Shown here one piece after another: positions 1-12,437 of a DNA stretch of 64,000 bases (its first letter is position 1; each line of letters begins with the position of its first letter). A model generated the notes under the pieces. The model was not told the origin of the DNA and ran no database searches. It saw nothing but the letters and a program-made list of their open reading frames with translations. This DNA is from Octopus vulgaris (Eukaryota), in NCBI GenBank assembly GCA_951406725.2, contig OX597836.1, positions 29,698,001 to 29,762,000 of the forward strand. Reading direction: 5' to 3'. The position numbers and the translations under genes are program-made.

Positions 1-252
1 CCTAAAAATGACATTGATGATGGGACAGAGCAGTGCTCAGGGCATAGATGTATGGTATTTTTTTTGAGTGTATAATATAGTGATTTCAAATTTGGCGGAG
101 AGGGGGATATATACATCACAGAACCCATGAAACTGATCTTATGAGGCTATGGCTTGGGAAGGACCTTTGATCATTTTGATAAGAGGTTCTGGACTATCAG
201 TGTCCAGAAAGTCAGTGTTGTATCTGTATTGATGTTGTTGTTGTTATTGCAG

Positions 253-360
253 GCTATGAAGGTGATGAATGATCGGAAAACAAAAGAAGTTAGTGAGAAA
301 CAAGAAAAAGAAAAAGAACTCTCCAAAGTGAAAATTAATAAAGAAGACGTTGATTTAATT
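253..360 (+). CDS. HYPK: HYPK (huntingtin-interacting protein K) internal coding exon, phase 0/0; upstream exons lie outside the window
   Basis: Acceptor ttattgcag at 252 and donor gtaagt at 361. Encodes AMKVMNDRKTKEVSEKQEKEKELSKVKINKEDVDLI, matching the conserved HYPK segment (..EREKELAKVTIKKEDLELI). Confidence 0.93.
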
Positions 361-861
361 GTAAGTTATCTCTTTGTCTCCTTCTTCTTCTAAATCTACT
401 TTCTCTCTTCAGATAAAAAAATGCTTTGTGATATTTGTTCCAGCTGTCTGCACATTGAGTTCAAATTCGGCTAGGGTTGACTTTGCCAGCCATCATTCAA
501 TGAAAAACCAGTCGAGTACTAAGGCTGATTCTTCTCTCTGACTATCTATCTATCTATCTGTTTGTCTGTCTGTCTCTCAGCTATGAGAAAGATTGACCAA
601 AATAACCAACAACCACTTCTCTTAGAAAAACTTACTGCAGGATCTGTTCAAGAACAGATCGTTGGCACCAACACAACACAAAGTAAAGATATAATAGGTT
701 GTAGAATGAACTACATTTGGCTTGTGTTGCTACTACTACTACTGGACATCAATATGAACACTCTTTTGGCTAACACCATAATGACCATGACCACCACCTC
801 TACAATTGTCCATAACCTTGGTTTCCTTTCAGATAAAGTGTCAAATTTTGAAAGGGATACT

Positions 862-1247
862 TTTATTCTTTTACTTTTTTTCAGTCATATGACTGTGGCC
901 ATGCTGAAGCACTGCCTGAAAAGGTTTTAGTCAAACAAATCGATCTCAGGACTTATTCTTTGTAAGCCTAGTACTTATTCTATCGGTCACTTTTGCCGAA
1001 CCGCTAAGTTACGGGGACGTAAACACACCAGCATCAGTTGTCAAGCGATGTTGGGGGACAAACACACATACATATATATACACGATGGGCTTCTTTCAGT
1101 TTCCGTCTACCAAATCCACTCACAAGGCTTTGGTCGGCCCAAGGCTATAGTAGAAGACACTTGCCCAAGGTGCCACGCAGTGGGACTGAACCCAGGAACC
1201 ATGTGGTTGGTAAGCAAGCTACTTACCACACAGCCACTCCTACACCT
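862..1247 (-). mobile_element. tRNA-derived SINE family A (CORE-like centre, internal TA/TG microsatellite, 3' tail ...cagtcaaatgactgaaacaagtaaaag)
   Basis: Reverse complement of the highly repeated ggagtggctgtgtggtaagtagcttgc...gggttcagtcccactgcgtggcaccttgggcaagtg unit with A/B-box-like motifs. More than 20 copies in the window. Confidence 0.85.
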
Positions 1248-2527
1248 ATATACACAAATATATATACATACATATGTATGTGCACACACACATACATAAA
1301 TTTAGAGGTGGATAGTCAATTTAACTACTTTCAGTAAATGACTGATACTTTATTTATTTCTGGTTTTCTCTTTTAACCTTCTGTCCACCTCCAGAAGGCT
1401 GAATGGTAAATTCAACCTTGTTGGGACTTGAACCCCAGATATACAAGAATGTAACCACATTGTATTTTGTTTACCACTTTATCAATTGTGCCAGCACCTC
1501 TATGTAGTCATTTCGGAGAAAGGGCAGAAAGTAATCAGTTGTACAACTTCGGTGTTTGATTGATACTTATTTTATCGACCCAGGAAGAATAAAAGCATAA
1601 GCAACTTTCGTGAGATTTGAACTTGCAATGCTACAGAACACCTCTAAGTAATGCAATACGTTTTTGCCTGCTGCTATAACGATTCTGGATTTGTTACAAA
1701 ATAATTATTACAAAGATGTTTGTTAGTCTCTCAACACTCATTGCACTTCTTCATTATTCTAAATATGCCCCTCTCTAAAATTTAATTATCATTTTAAAAA
1801 ATATGAATATAGATGCAGATGTGGCTGTGTGGTAAGAAGATTGCTTCCCAACTATGTGGTTCTGGGTTCAATCCCATTGCTTGGTACCTTGGACAAATGT
1901 CTTCTACTGTAAGCACTGTAAGTGGATTTGGTATGCGGAAACTGAAAGAAGCTCTTCATGTATATATATTTGTGTGTGAGAGAGAGTGATTGGGTGTATA
2001 CATGTATATGTATATATCTGAAGACTTGTACTCAGCAGCAAAAGTGTTGAGACCTGCCCCCCCCCCCCACCTCCGCCCCCAGTGGTGAGGATTGTCTTGC
2101 AAGAGTCCTGTGCCAGTGCCATGTAAAAAGCACCCACATAGTGCCACATAATAGCACCCAACACACTCTGTAAAGTGGTTGGTGTTAGGAAGGGCATCCA
2201 GCCATAGAAACTATGCCAGATCAGACTGGATTCTGGTGCAGCTCTGGTCAAACCGTCTGACCCATGCCAGCATGGACAACAAACATTAAATGATGATGAT
2301 GTGTATGTGTAACTTTGTCCCCCACCCCAGTGCTGGATTTTGCTTTTGTCTCCGTAAGTTAGTGGTTTGGCAGAAAAAGGTGATAGAATAAGTATCAGGC
2401 TTAGAAATAAATACTGGGGGTCGATTTGTTTGACTAAACTCTTCAAGGTGGTGCTCCAGCATGTCCGCAGTCCTAAGATTGAAATAAGTAAAATATAAAA
2501 CATTAATTGCATCAGTTTCACCATATA

Positions 2528-2693
2528 AGCGGAGTGGCTGTGTGGTAAGTAGCTTGCTTACGAACCACATGGTTCCAGATTCAGTCCCACTGCGTGGCAC
2601 CTTGGGCAAGTGTCCTCTACTATAGCCTTGGGCCGACCAAAGCCTTGTGAGTGAATTTGGTAGACGGAAACTGAAAGAAGCCCATCGTATATA

Positions 2694-2752
<59 letters not shown>

Positions 2753-2757
2753 ATGTA

Positions 2758-2789
<32 letters not shown>

Positions 2790-3027
2790 AGTATATATAT
2801 ATGTATGTGAGTATATATATATGTATGTGTGTGTGTCTGTTTGTACCCCCAACATCGCTTGACAACCGATGCTAGTGTGTTTATGTCCCTGTAACTTAGC
2901 GGTTCGGCAAAAGAGACCAATAGAATAAGTACTAGGATTACAAAGATTAAGTCCTGGGGTCGATTTGCTCGGCTAAATGCGGTGCTCCAGCATGGCCACA
3001 GTCAAATGACAGAAACAAGTAAAAGAG
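2528..3027 (+). mobile_element. SINE family A, full length
   Basis: Same head, microsatellite and tail as the other copies. Confidence 0.85.
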
Positions 3028-3369
3028 GATATCAATTCAATCCTTTTCTCAGGTCTTTTCCCCCTGCGTCAACAGACGTTTTATACTTCATGCTAACGTC
3101 GCGGCCTATACGTAATCCGTCAGTTTGCTGGGACAGTTTTTGTGATGCTGTTTGTCGATATACATCGACAAAAAAAGATACAGTTGCTGAATCAGAGTTG
3201 AACTGAAGCCAAACAATATTAGAATGGTTTGGAGAAGCTGGACGTTAGACTTGCAGGGTTGTTTCCCCTTGAATTTCACTAACTTAGTAATTTCCCTTGG
3301 ATATTCGAAATTCGGCAAAACCATACGTTTGAATCCCACCAACTTTGTTTCCCCGTAACTTCCAAGGAA

Positions 3370-3800
3370 ATAGATATTTTTAATGAAATTTTGTACAAAT
3401 ACCTATCATATGGTGTACATTCCAATTATTTCGGAATTTGTAGAGAAAAAGAAAATTTTTTATGGAAAAGAGAGGAGGAATTTCGTATAATTCATTTATC
3501 TCGACGCTGCTTCCTCATAACTTTTAAAAAAAAAAAAAAAAAAGATTTTTTAAAGGAAATTTTCTGCAAATACCTTACAAATAGTGTAAATTCAGATTGT
3601 ATCGGAATTTGTTGGGGAGAATAAATTTTCGGAGGGAGTAGGAGGAGAGGAGTTCCGGATAATTCACACACCCCGGCATTGCTTCTTCATAACTTTCAGA
3701 AAAATGGATATTTTTTTATGGAATTTTCTACAGATACTTTTCAGGTGGTGTAAGTTACGATTAAATCAGAATTTCTAATGGGGGAAAAAAAACAAATTGT
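3370..3800. repeat. Degenerate ~170-bp tandem repeat (about 3 units)
   Basis: Recurring gaaattttctgcaaatacc...ggtgta...tcggaatt motif near 3385, 3555 and 3720. Confidence 0.5.
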
Positions 3801-3929
3801 GAGGGCACACGTATATCTCCTACTACACATTACAATAAATATCCATCCATAAAATGAAATTTTAAATTTAAAAAAAAATTATGTGATGCATGCGCGCACC
3901 CAATTTTTCCCCCTCATTACATTAAATTG

Positions 3930-4296
3930 GTGCAGGAGCGACTATGTGGTAAGAAGCTTGCTTCCCAACCTCATGGTTCTGGGTTCAGTACCACTGCTTA
4001 GCACCTTGGGCATGTCTTCTACTATAGCCTCGGACCAAAGCCATGTGAAAGGATTTGATAGATAGGAACTGAAAGAAGCTTGTCATATGTGTGTGTGTAT
4101 GTGTCTGTGTTTGTCCTCCCACCATCACTTGACAACCAATGTTGGTCTGTTTACATCCCCATAGTATTAGTGGGTTGGCAAAAGAGACTGATAGAATAAG
4201 TACTAGGCTTATAAAGAATAAATCCTGTGGTCACTTTGTTTGATTAAAGGTGGTGCTCCAGCATGGATGCAGTCTAATGGCTGAAACAAGTAAAAG
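3930..4296 (+). mobile_element. SINE family A, diverged
   Basis: Head, body and tail motifs present. Confidence 0.75.
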
Positions 4297-4306
4297 ATAT
4301 ACTGTT

Positions 4307-4338
<32 letters not shown>

Positions 4339-4789
4339 CACACACATATATATCATCATCATCGTTTAACATCTGTTGTCCATGCTGGCATGGGTTGAAC
4401 GGTTTAACCAGAGTTGGCAAGCTGGAAGGCTGCACCAGGCTCCAGTCTGATTTGGCAATATATTAAGAAGTTTTAAATCATCATTTGTTGTCCTTGCAGG
4501 GATTATTGTCCATGGGAGTAAATGTCCTAGACTCAGGGAAAAATCTGCTTCCCAACCTTACGGTTCTGTGTGCAATCCCACTACATGGCACCATAGACAG
4601 CTGTCTTCTGCTATAGCCCCAGGTTGACCAAAGCCATGTAAGTAGATTGGGTAGATGGAACCTGAGAAGCCCATTGTGTGTGTGTACTTGGGACTGGTTC
4701 TCAAAGCACATATAAAGCTATAAATAATAACATCTAAATATTGGGTTGAAAATCTCTTTTGGACAGAAAAAAGTTGAAAGTTTCTATGA

Positions 4790-5330
4790 GTCTAATGGCT
4801 GAATGTCTGTCATGTCTGGGCCACAATGACCATCTCGTCATCCTTGGAGAGGATTTGCACAGTAACTTTGTTTAAAATGAAGACGGGTTGTTCACTATCA
4901 ACCTCATTCTTGGTCATGACCATCTTCAACCCTGTGTCCAGATCAGGTTAAGATGACTGGGAATGGAGACAGATGCAGTGAATGACCAAGGTGTCTTACT
5001 TGCCTAATCTTGCTCTCTGCTCTCCACAAAACGCTGCAGCTGCTTTCTCCATCTGTTGAACCATGAAGCTTTCTTCCCTGGAGTCCACTGCATCCAGTCT
5101 TCAGATTGCATTATGTAGGCAAGCCTTAGCTCTCCAAGAATTAAATATCTCTTGATTATCCTCAATCAAAGCAGTTTATCAGGGTGTGGCTACCATTGCA
5201 TGTAAACAGCTACTTGGAGTTACAGGTGAGAGTGGGATGCCAGATGGAAACCAAAGCAGATGAACCACTCCCGGAAGTGTTGGGTTCTCCCATCAAAGGT
5301 GCTAACCCTCCCTAACATCCCCATGCCCCT
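4790..5330 (-). mobile_element. Dispersed repeat, probably a LINE 5' region; paralogous to 32100-32480
   Basis: Shares ctttgtttaaaatgaaga...gggaatggagacagatg...cttgctctctgc...cagctgctttctc with 32136-32420. Strand and LINE origin are inferred. Confidence 0.5.
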
Positions 5331-5439
5331 TACTGAGCTTCATAAAGAGATGACAAGGAACCATAAAAAGTGGATTAATGGCATCTTAAAACAGGTTTAT
5401 CAAACCCATGCCAGCATGGTGAATGCCAGAGCACAGATA

Positions 5440-5670
5440 TACCAAGGGGAAAACTAGGTATTAGAGGTTATCAGCTGTAGAGTACAAGTGTGATGATATG
5501 AACATTTGATGTAGATGAAGAAGGAAGATAGTTGGGTTGAAAAGTTTCAGAGGATGGAAGTAGAAGGAGCCTGGAAAATAGGAAGACCAAAGAAATGGTG
5601 GGGATTGATCTTAGAAAGCTAAGCTTCACAAAAGAAATGATGAAGGACTACAAATAAAGATCTACTGTGT
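5440..5670 (+). pseudogene. Degenerate RTE-clade LINE C-terminal remnant
   Basis: Translates with stops to ..YEHLM*MKKEDSWVEKFQRMEVEGAWKIGRPKKW, resembling the RTE RWYGH..R..GRGRPRKTW motif. Confidence 0.55.
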
Positions 5671-8600
5671 TAACCCTTTTGTTACATATTTCAGTTACAT
5701 AACCATTCGATGTCTGTTTTCCATGCTGGTATGGGTTGGACGGTTTGACATGAGCTGAACAAGGCTCCAATTGTCTGCTTTGGCATGGTTTCTGTGGCTG
5801 GATGCCCCCTTCCTAATATCAATCACATTGCAAAATATACTGGGCACCTTTTTACATGGCACCAGCACCAGTGACTCTTATATGGTAATAATACGGGTGC
5901 TTTGTGTGTGGAATCTGGCGTGGGTGCTTTGTACGCTGCATCTTTGTTTCAAATAAATTTTATAATGATAAATTTATTAAAATAACTTTTGTCCCTATTA
6001 AGCTGACATTTAGAGCTAAATAGAGCATGAAATTATGATGGAAGGCTTTAATAAAGATCATTTCAAAAGAGACACTTTGTATCATGGAATCATAAGCAGA
6101 CTCAGGTAGGTTAGTATTGAAAGGGTTAAAACTGACTCCTCAAACCCATACCAGCATGGGAAAGCAGACGTGTAAATGATAAAGATTAAAATCAAATTGA
6201 TTCTATTGAGCACCCACTACACTCATGGAGTGGTTGGCATTAGGAAGGGCATCCAGCCGTAGAAACATTGCCAGATCAGACTGGGCCTGATGAAGCCTTC
6301 TGGCTTCCCAGACCCCATTTGAACCGTCCAACCCATGCCAGCATGGAAAGCAGATGCTAAACGATGATGATGATGCCTGATTACTATATCAGGATAGAAG
6401 TAGTTTGGGAAGACTTGCACACAAAGCTTATTTTATTTATTATGTAATTGATTGACTTAAACTATTTTTAGCATAACATACCTTTTGGTTTTGTCGTTAA
6501 TATATAATTACAGTAAGAAAATCAATTCCATCACTCTATTTTTGAGCTTGTTCTAATTGTACTAGACAATATTGCATGCTTAGTCAACTATAACGAAGTT
6601 TACATTAATTAGTTGCGGGTTTAATTTCAATGATTTTTTAAAATTCTGATGTTTATAATCTTAAGGGTTCAAGTTTTTGTTAACCCTTTGATATCTATCT
6701 TTTATCATTTTTAAGTTTCAGTCATTGGACTGTGGCCATGCTGGGGCACTGCCTTGAAGGGTTTTATTCAAATAAATCAACCCCAGTACCGATTTTTAAA
6801 GCCTGGTGCTTATTCTATTGGTCTTTTTTTTTTTTGCTGAAGTGCTTAGTTACAAATCAACATCAGTTGTCAAGTGATGGTGGGAACAAAAGCACACACA
6901 CACATGCACTAAAAAAAATTTGATTGGACCAAGGTGCAGTGCAGTGGGACTGAACCCAGAACCATGTGAATGGGAAGCAAACTTCTTACCACAAAGCCAA
7001 GCCTGCGTCTTACCCTCAAAGAGGACAAACACACACACACACACATGCACATCTCTACACAAGGTGCTACTTTCAGTTTCTGTCTCCGAAATCCACCCAC
7101 AAGGCTTTGTCTGGTCCAGGGCTATGGTAGAAGACACTTACCCAAATTGCCATGCAGTGGAATTGAACCCAGAACCATGTGGTTGGGAAGTAAACTTATC
7201 ATCACACAGCCACACCTGCACCTTGTTTTCAAAAGGTTAAAACAATATAGTGTACAGCTTATTAGAGATTAAAGATTACTGGTTGTTGCTATAAATAGTT
7301 GTGAATTGTTGATGTCTTCGCTGACTGGATACAAGAAAATAACTGTTTGTTCATAAAAACTGATGTTGCTGGTTTATCTATATGTCTGCCTTGATTGAGA
7401 AAACATGTGGCTAAAGGCATTCCACAAGGCTTTGGTCAGCACCAGGCTGAAGTAGAAGACACTTGCCACACAGTGGGACTGAACCTGAAACCATGTGGTT
7501 GGGAAGCAAATTTCTTACCACACAATCAACTACATTGACTCTTTTTGATACCAATTCATCTGAACCTGCCCCTGGTTCTATGATACCAACCTCTGGTTTT
7601 AAAGGAATTGAAATTAAAATCTTCCCCTAAAATTTCATGTTAAGTTATGTTCAAAATACTAGTTTAATATTGGTTTCAAATTTTGGCACAAGGCCAGCAA
7701 GATTGGTGGGGTGTTGGTTACACTGACCCCAGTGCACAACTACTACTTATTTTAATGATTCTGAATGGGGGCCCCATGGAGGCACGAGACCTTTGGCATT
7801 ATATCATGCTTGAGAAGAAGACCCATCGAACTGAGGAAAATTGCAGTCGTGGTAGATACTGGTCTCATACAAATTGGCATCCATTCCAGGGGCATGTAAA
7901 AGCACCCCAGTGTCATGCAAATGGCAGCTGTGCTGGTGGTACGTAAAAGCACCCATTACACTCTCAGAGTGGTTGGCGTCAGGTAGGGCATTGCAGCCGT
8001 AGAAAACCATGTCAAATCAGACTGGAGTCTGGTGCAGCCTTCCAGCATGCTAGCCCGGTCAAACTGTCCAACTTATGCCAGTGTGGACAACGGTCATTAA
8101 ATGACGATGATAATGATGAATGGATGAAAGGCAAAGTTGACCTCGGCAGAATTTGAACCCAGAATGTAAAGACAGACAAAATGGTGTTAAGCATTTTGCC
8201 CAGCATGCTATTGACACTGAAAGGATGAAAGACAAAGTCAATCTCAGCGGAATTTGAACTCAGAACATAAAAACAGACAGAATGCTGTTAAGCATTTTAC
8301 CCAGCATGCTAACGATTCTGCCACTTCACTGCCATACACCAGTTTAATAATGTCAGTTATTTTAATAAATTTTTCATTATTTTAAAAACTAATTGGAACA
8401 AAGTTGGTATATTTCACCAGAAATATGGTAATGAAAGGGTTAAGTATGTTATCTCTAAATTATCTCTGTCTTATCATAATTACTTCTCTAGTTAGCTTTA
8501 TTTTTTAAACTCCACACATTAAACATGCTTACATGAACTCAAAACTATTTAACAGTCTGTGTCTGACCATATATTTATTTGCTTTTATGTTTTTTTAATA

Positions 8601-8675
8601 TCCATCATCTGTATTAAATATGCTAACATTTTAATACTTTCTGTATTGAATATGGTAACATTGTTACCATATTAA

Positions 8676-9117
8676 CCCTTTTGATACCAACCCACCTGAA
8701 ACCACCTCTAGCCCTGTAGTACAAATATCTTCTTTCAAAAGTTCTGAATTAAAATCTTCCACCAAACCTTAGTCACAATTTGTTTTTAACACTAGCTTAA
8801 CCCTTTTGTTACTGTATTTATTTGAGATGCTCTTTGTTTCTTTCAATTACTTTAAATATAACAAAGAATTTAGTAAAATAACTTGGTTATCATTCAGTTA
8901 GTGTTAGGAACATAAATTGTGACTAAGGTTTGGTGGAAGATTTTAATTCAAAACTTATGAAAACAAGACATTTGTACTCAAAGCCAGAGCCGGTTTCAGC
9001 CGGGTTGGTAACGAAAGGGTTAATGATAACTAAGTTAGTTTACTAAATTCGTTGTTATATTTAAAATTAATTGAAAGAAACACAGAGCATTTCAACAGAA
9101 ATATGATAACAAAAGGG
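8676..9117. mobile_element. piggyBac-like MITE with a second copy of the same family (8801-9019) nested in opposite orientation
   Basis: TTAA|CCCTTT...AAAGGG|TTAA ends on both the outer and inner element; the outer sequence resumes after the inner TTAA. Confidence 0.8.
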
Positions 9118-9740
9118 TTAAATATGGTAATATGGTAATATTATATATGGTAACATTTAGCTTAACTTTAGTTGTCTGTCTATGTCTCATCACACAATCA
9201 TGTCAAATTAGCTTTTTTATCCTCTCCTTATTAAATACATTAACTCTAACAGAGTTAGGTACAAATGAGCTGAGAGACAATTGTGAGTCATCAGTGAATG
9301 TGTGTGTTGTAAGAGAGATTACTCTGCTAAGCTGAACATGTATTATGTAAATGGCGATCATACATGCTTGGTTAAGGATGTAGCATGACTTGCTCGTTGA
9401 GGCTACATAGGGAAACAATGGGTACTGACTTAAGCAGAGTCAGTAAAGCATCTGATAGAATGCCATGCAGTGTTTACTTCAGCTCCCTGCATTCTGAGTT
9501 CAATCCTAGCATCCTAACAAGGTCAATTATGTGTCATTCTTTTGGGAGCTGATAAATAAGCTACCAATCAACCGGGGTTGATTCACCTGCCTGCCTGGCT
9601 TCCTTCCTTCCTTCCTCCCTCCTTCCCTCTATTTCTTTCTTCCTTCCTTTCTTTCCTTCCTTCCTTTCTTCCTTCCTGTCTTTCTTTAAGAAACCTGTTT
9701 GTAGTCAGTCCTACAAAGGAGTGAGCTCTGCTAAGTTTAA

Positions 9741-9958
9741 CCATTTAGCATTCAGATTATTCTGTCACATGTAACGATTATTTATCCACATTGTTTTGAA
9801 TTAATCATGTGTTGTCTTGTTGCTTCAAAATTTTGATGCTGTGGTTTATTTTTAAGATGACATTGTAGGGTAGGCATGAGAGGCTGAATCTGGCCAGTTT
9901 GAATATAAAACTGGTAGAGTATTTGGACCAGATTTTGGCCAGTTTCAATGCTAAAGGG
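9741..9958. mobile_element. Second piggyBac-like MITE family
   Basis: ttaa-ccatttagcatt ... aatgctaaagggttaa termini; partial copies at ~17600-17655 and ~18885-19000. Confidence 0.65.
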
Positions 9959-10067
9959 TTAAAGTGCGTAAGAAATGCTATATATATCACAATACCACCA
10001 TATGACCCCTTTCATTAAACAAGATGAGGGTCCATGACAAGAATGTTAGCGTTTTGAGTACATAATA

Positions 10068-10416
10068 GGTGCAGGAGTGGCTGTGTGGTAAGTAGCTTGC
10101 TTACCAACCACATGGTTCCAGGTTCAGTCCCACTGTGTGGCATCTTGGGGCAAGTGTCTTCTGCTATATCCTTGGGCCGACCAATGCCTTGTGAGTGGAT
10201 TTGGTAGACGTTAACTGAAAGAAGCCTGTCGTATATATGTATGTATATATGTATGTGTGTGTCTGTGTTTATGTCCCCGTCACTTAGCGGTTCGGCAAAA
10301 GAGACCAATAGAATAAGTACTGGACTTACAAAGAATGAGTCCCGGGGTCGAGTTGCTCGACTAAAGGCGGTGCTCCAGCATGGCTGCAGTCAAATGACTG
10401 AAACAAGTAAAAGAGA
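10068..10416 (+). mobile_element. SINE family A
   Basis: Full head-to-tail match with the other copies. Confidence 0.85.
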
Positions 10417-10583
10417 TGTAGATATAAAAACCTATAGTTTATATTCAACCGCGCGCGTGTGTGTGTGTGTGTGTGTTTGTCTTCTCCCCCTCCCCACTGC
10501 TTGACAGCTGGTGTTGGTGTGTATACGTCCCCATAACTTAATGGTTTGGCAAAAGAGACTGATTGAATGAGTGTGCAGCTTCG

Positions 10584-10810
10584 TCATCATCATCGTTTAA
10601 CGTCCGCTTTCCATGCTGGCATGGGTTGGACGAATGACTGAGGGCTGGCAAACCAGATGGCTGCACCAGGCTTCAATCTTGATCTGGCTGAGTTTCTACA
10701 GCTGGATGCCCTTCCTAATGCCAACCACTCCGAGAGTGTAGTGGGTGCTTTTACGTGCCAGTCAGGCGATGCTGGTTACGATCACGCTCAATTGGTGTCT
10801 TTTACATGCC
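10584..10810 (-). mobile_element. SINE/LINE-tail repeat with (GAT)n end (RTE-type tail ccatgccagcatggaaagcggacgttaaacgatgatg); other copies at ~2150-2300, 6220-6375, 11365-11610, 26240-26550, 58650-58830
   Basis: The same tail follows the RTE remnant at 5440-5670/6130-6180. Confidence 0.7.
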
Positions 10811-11236
10811 AACAATCACACTCGGATGATCAATTCATTCAGCTAAAATTCTTCAAAGTGGTGCCCCAGCATGGCCACAGTCTAATGACTGACACAGGTA
10901 AAAGATGAACGATGGGGGGGGGGTGGAAAAAGTCAACTCAGTTTATTGAGGCTTCTTTGTTGTTCTCTCAGATTAAATCAGTGGAATATCTGGCAGATAA
11001 CAATCAGTGTCATATGGCTCTAAAGGCATATCAATTTTGTTGTTTTTATCTGCACTGCACACAATCTGTCCCAGACGAATCTCTCCTCCTCATGTTCACT
11101 CACTGCATCCTCCTCCCTCTATCTCCCACTCTCCTTTTGCACTCTTGCAAAGTTAACAAAGTGGTCTATAGCCAGTGTGCGCATTATGTTGGCAGAATGA
11201 CCCTCCCAAATATAATAGTATCAGTTACAACATCCA

Positions 11237-11744
11237 GTTGTGTCTGGGGAGAGTCGTTCTCTTTTTGTGCCTTATTATTTAACACACTCACCGGTAAAAT
11301 TTCCACTTATTTCTTATTTTTATTTTCTAAAATTTTCGTTGTGTCTTGCAACCTTTTCAATAGTCATCATCATCATCACCGTTTAGCATCCGCTTTCCGT
11401 GCTAGCATGGGTTGGACGGTTCAACTGAGGGCTGGCAAACCAGATGGCTGCACCAGGCTTCAATCTTGATCTGGCAGAGTTTCTACAGCTGGATGCCCTT
11501 CCTAACACCAACCACTCCGAGAGTGTAGTGGGTGCTTTTACGTGCCACCGGCGCAGGGGCCAGTCAGGCAGTACTGGCAATGACGGCCACGATCGGATGG
11601 TGCTTTTTATGTGAAGACTATTGAAAAGGTTGCAAGACGCAATGAAAATTTTAGAAAATAAAAATAAGAAATAAGTGGAAATTTTACCAGTCCGTGTGTT
11701 AAATAATAAGGCACTAAAAGAGAATGACTCTCCCCAGACACAAC
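11237..11744. repeat. ~129-bp inverted repeat (11237-11365 / 11616-11744) around a SINE fragment; possible Penelope-type terminal sequence
   Basis: gttgtgtctggggagagtc...ccttttcaatagtc is the reverse complement of gactattgaaaagg...gactctccccagacacaac. Confidence 0.75.
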
Positions 11745-11880
11745 AGAATATGCTTCAACACACAAACTCTTATAAAGAATCTTGCAAACCAAATCCAAAA
11801 ACGAAATTACAACATTCAGTTCCATGTAAAACATCTTGTAATACAAATTCAAAAATGAAACATTGCAAGTTTCTTACAAA

Positions 11881-12266
11881 TCTTTATATATAAAAGTGAA
11901 TTTGTGTGTCTGTCTCCTACGATTTAGATTCCTAACTACTCCCACATTTTGCGGTGCAGTTTAACCAAAACCGGGTATCTTATAGTCGTGATTCATATCG
12001 AGCTCTTCTGGGTATTAGCATGAGTCTACGATTTTTTAAAAAATTTACCATCATTTTTTTCCATTTTAATGCATTTTTTCACTATTATATAAGGGAAGTA
12101 ACTCTCTAAAAATGTCTGATGAGTCAACGATTTTAAAAAAAATTTACCATAATTTTTTTTTTCCATTTTTAATGCATTTTTGGCTATTTTTTGGCTATAA
12201 CTCTCTAAAAATGCTTATATAGTTATTTCCCTTACAAACCCGAGCAACGCCGGGTGATACTGCTAG
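11881..12266 (+). mobile_element. Non-autonomous Helitron
   Basis: Inserted in A|T with 5' TC, 3' CTAG, subterminal hairpin cccgagcaacgccggg and no TSD. Second copy at 36084-36481. Confidence 0.85.
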
Positions 12267-12306
12267 TCTTTTCTAAAAACCTAATGGCGCTTTTTGTCTT
12301 TTCCAG

Positions 12307-12402
12307 GTAGAAGAGTTTGAAATAAGTCGGATGATGGCTGAAAGAAAACTTCGAGAACATAAAGGCAGAATAGTTGATGCATTAGTAGCTTTGACTAATT
12401 AA
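12307..12402 (+). CDS. HYPK: HYPK terminal coding exon (UBA-like C-terminus)
   Basis: Branch-like ctaat at 12281, then tttttgtcttttccag acceptor. Encodes VEEFEISRMMAERKLREHKGRIVDALVALTN*, matching the HYPK C-terminus (MTEMEISRAAAERSLREHMGNVVEALIALTN) and in frame with exon 253-360. Too short for the ORF track. Confidence 0.95.
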   Translation, partial: VEEFEISRMMAERKLREHKGRIVDALVALTN

Positions 12403-12431
12403 CTTATACTAATTAAAATTTAATACAGGAA

Positions 12432-12437
12432 AATAAA
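12432..12437 (+). promoter_or_regulatory. Polyadenylation signal AATAAA of HYPK
   Basis: AATAAA ~30 nt after the stop codon, followed by a GT/T-rich downstream element (gtgttttggtttttattt). Confidence 0.65.

Noticed and set aside
154-393. 79-aa ORF as a complete gene
   Set aside because: Only 253-360 is HYPK-like; the flanks are intronic read-through past the splice sites.
1038-1337. Recurrent RLPNPLTRLWSARGYSRRHLPKVPRSGTEP / DGLLSVSVYQIHSQGFG peptides as a gene family
   Set aside because: Antisense translations of SINE family A.
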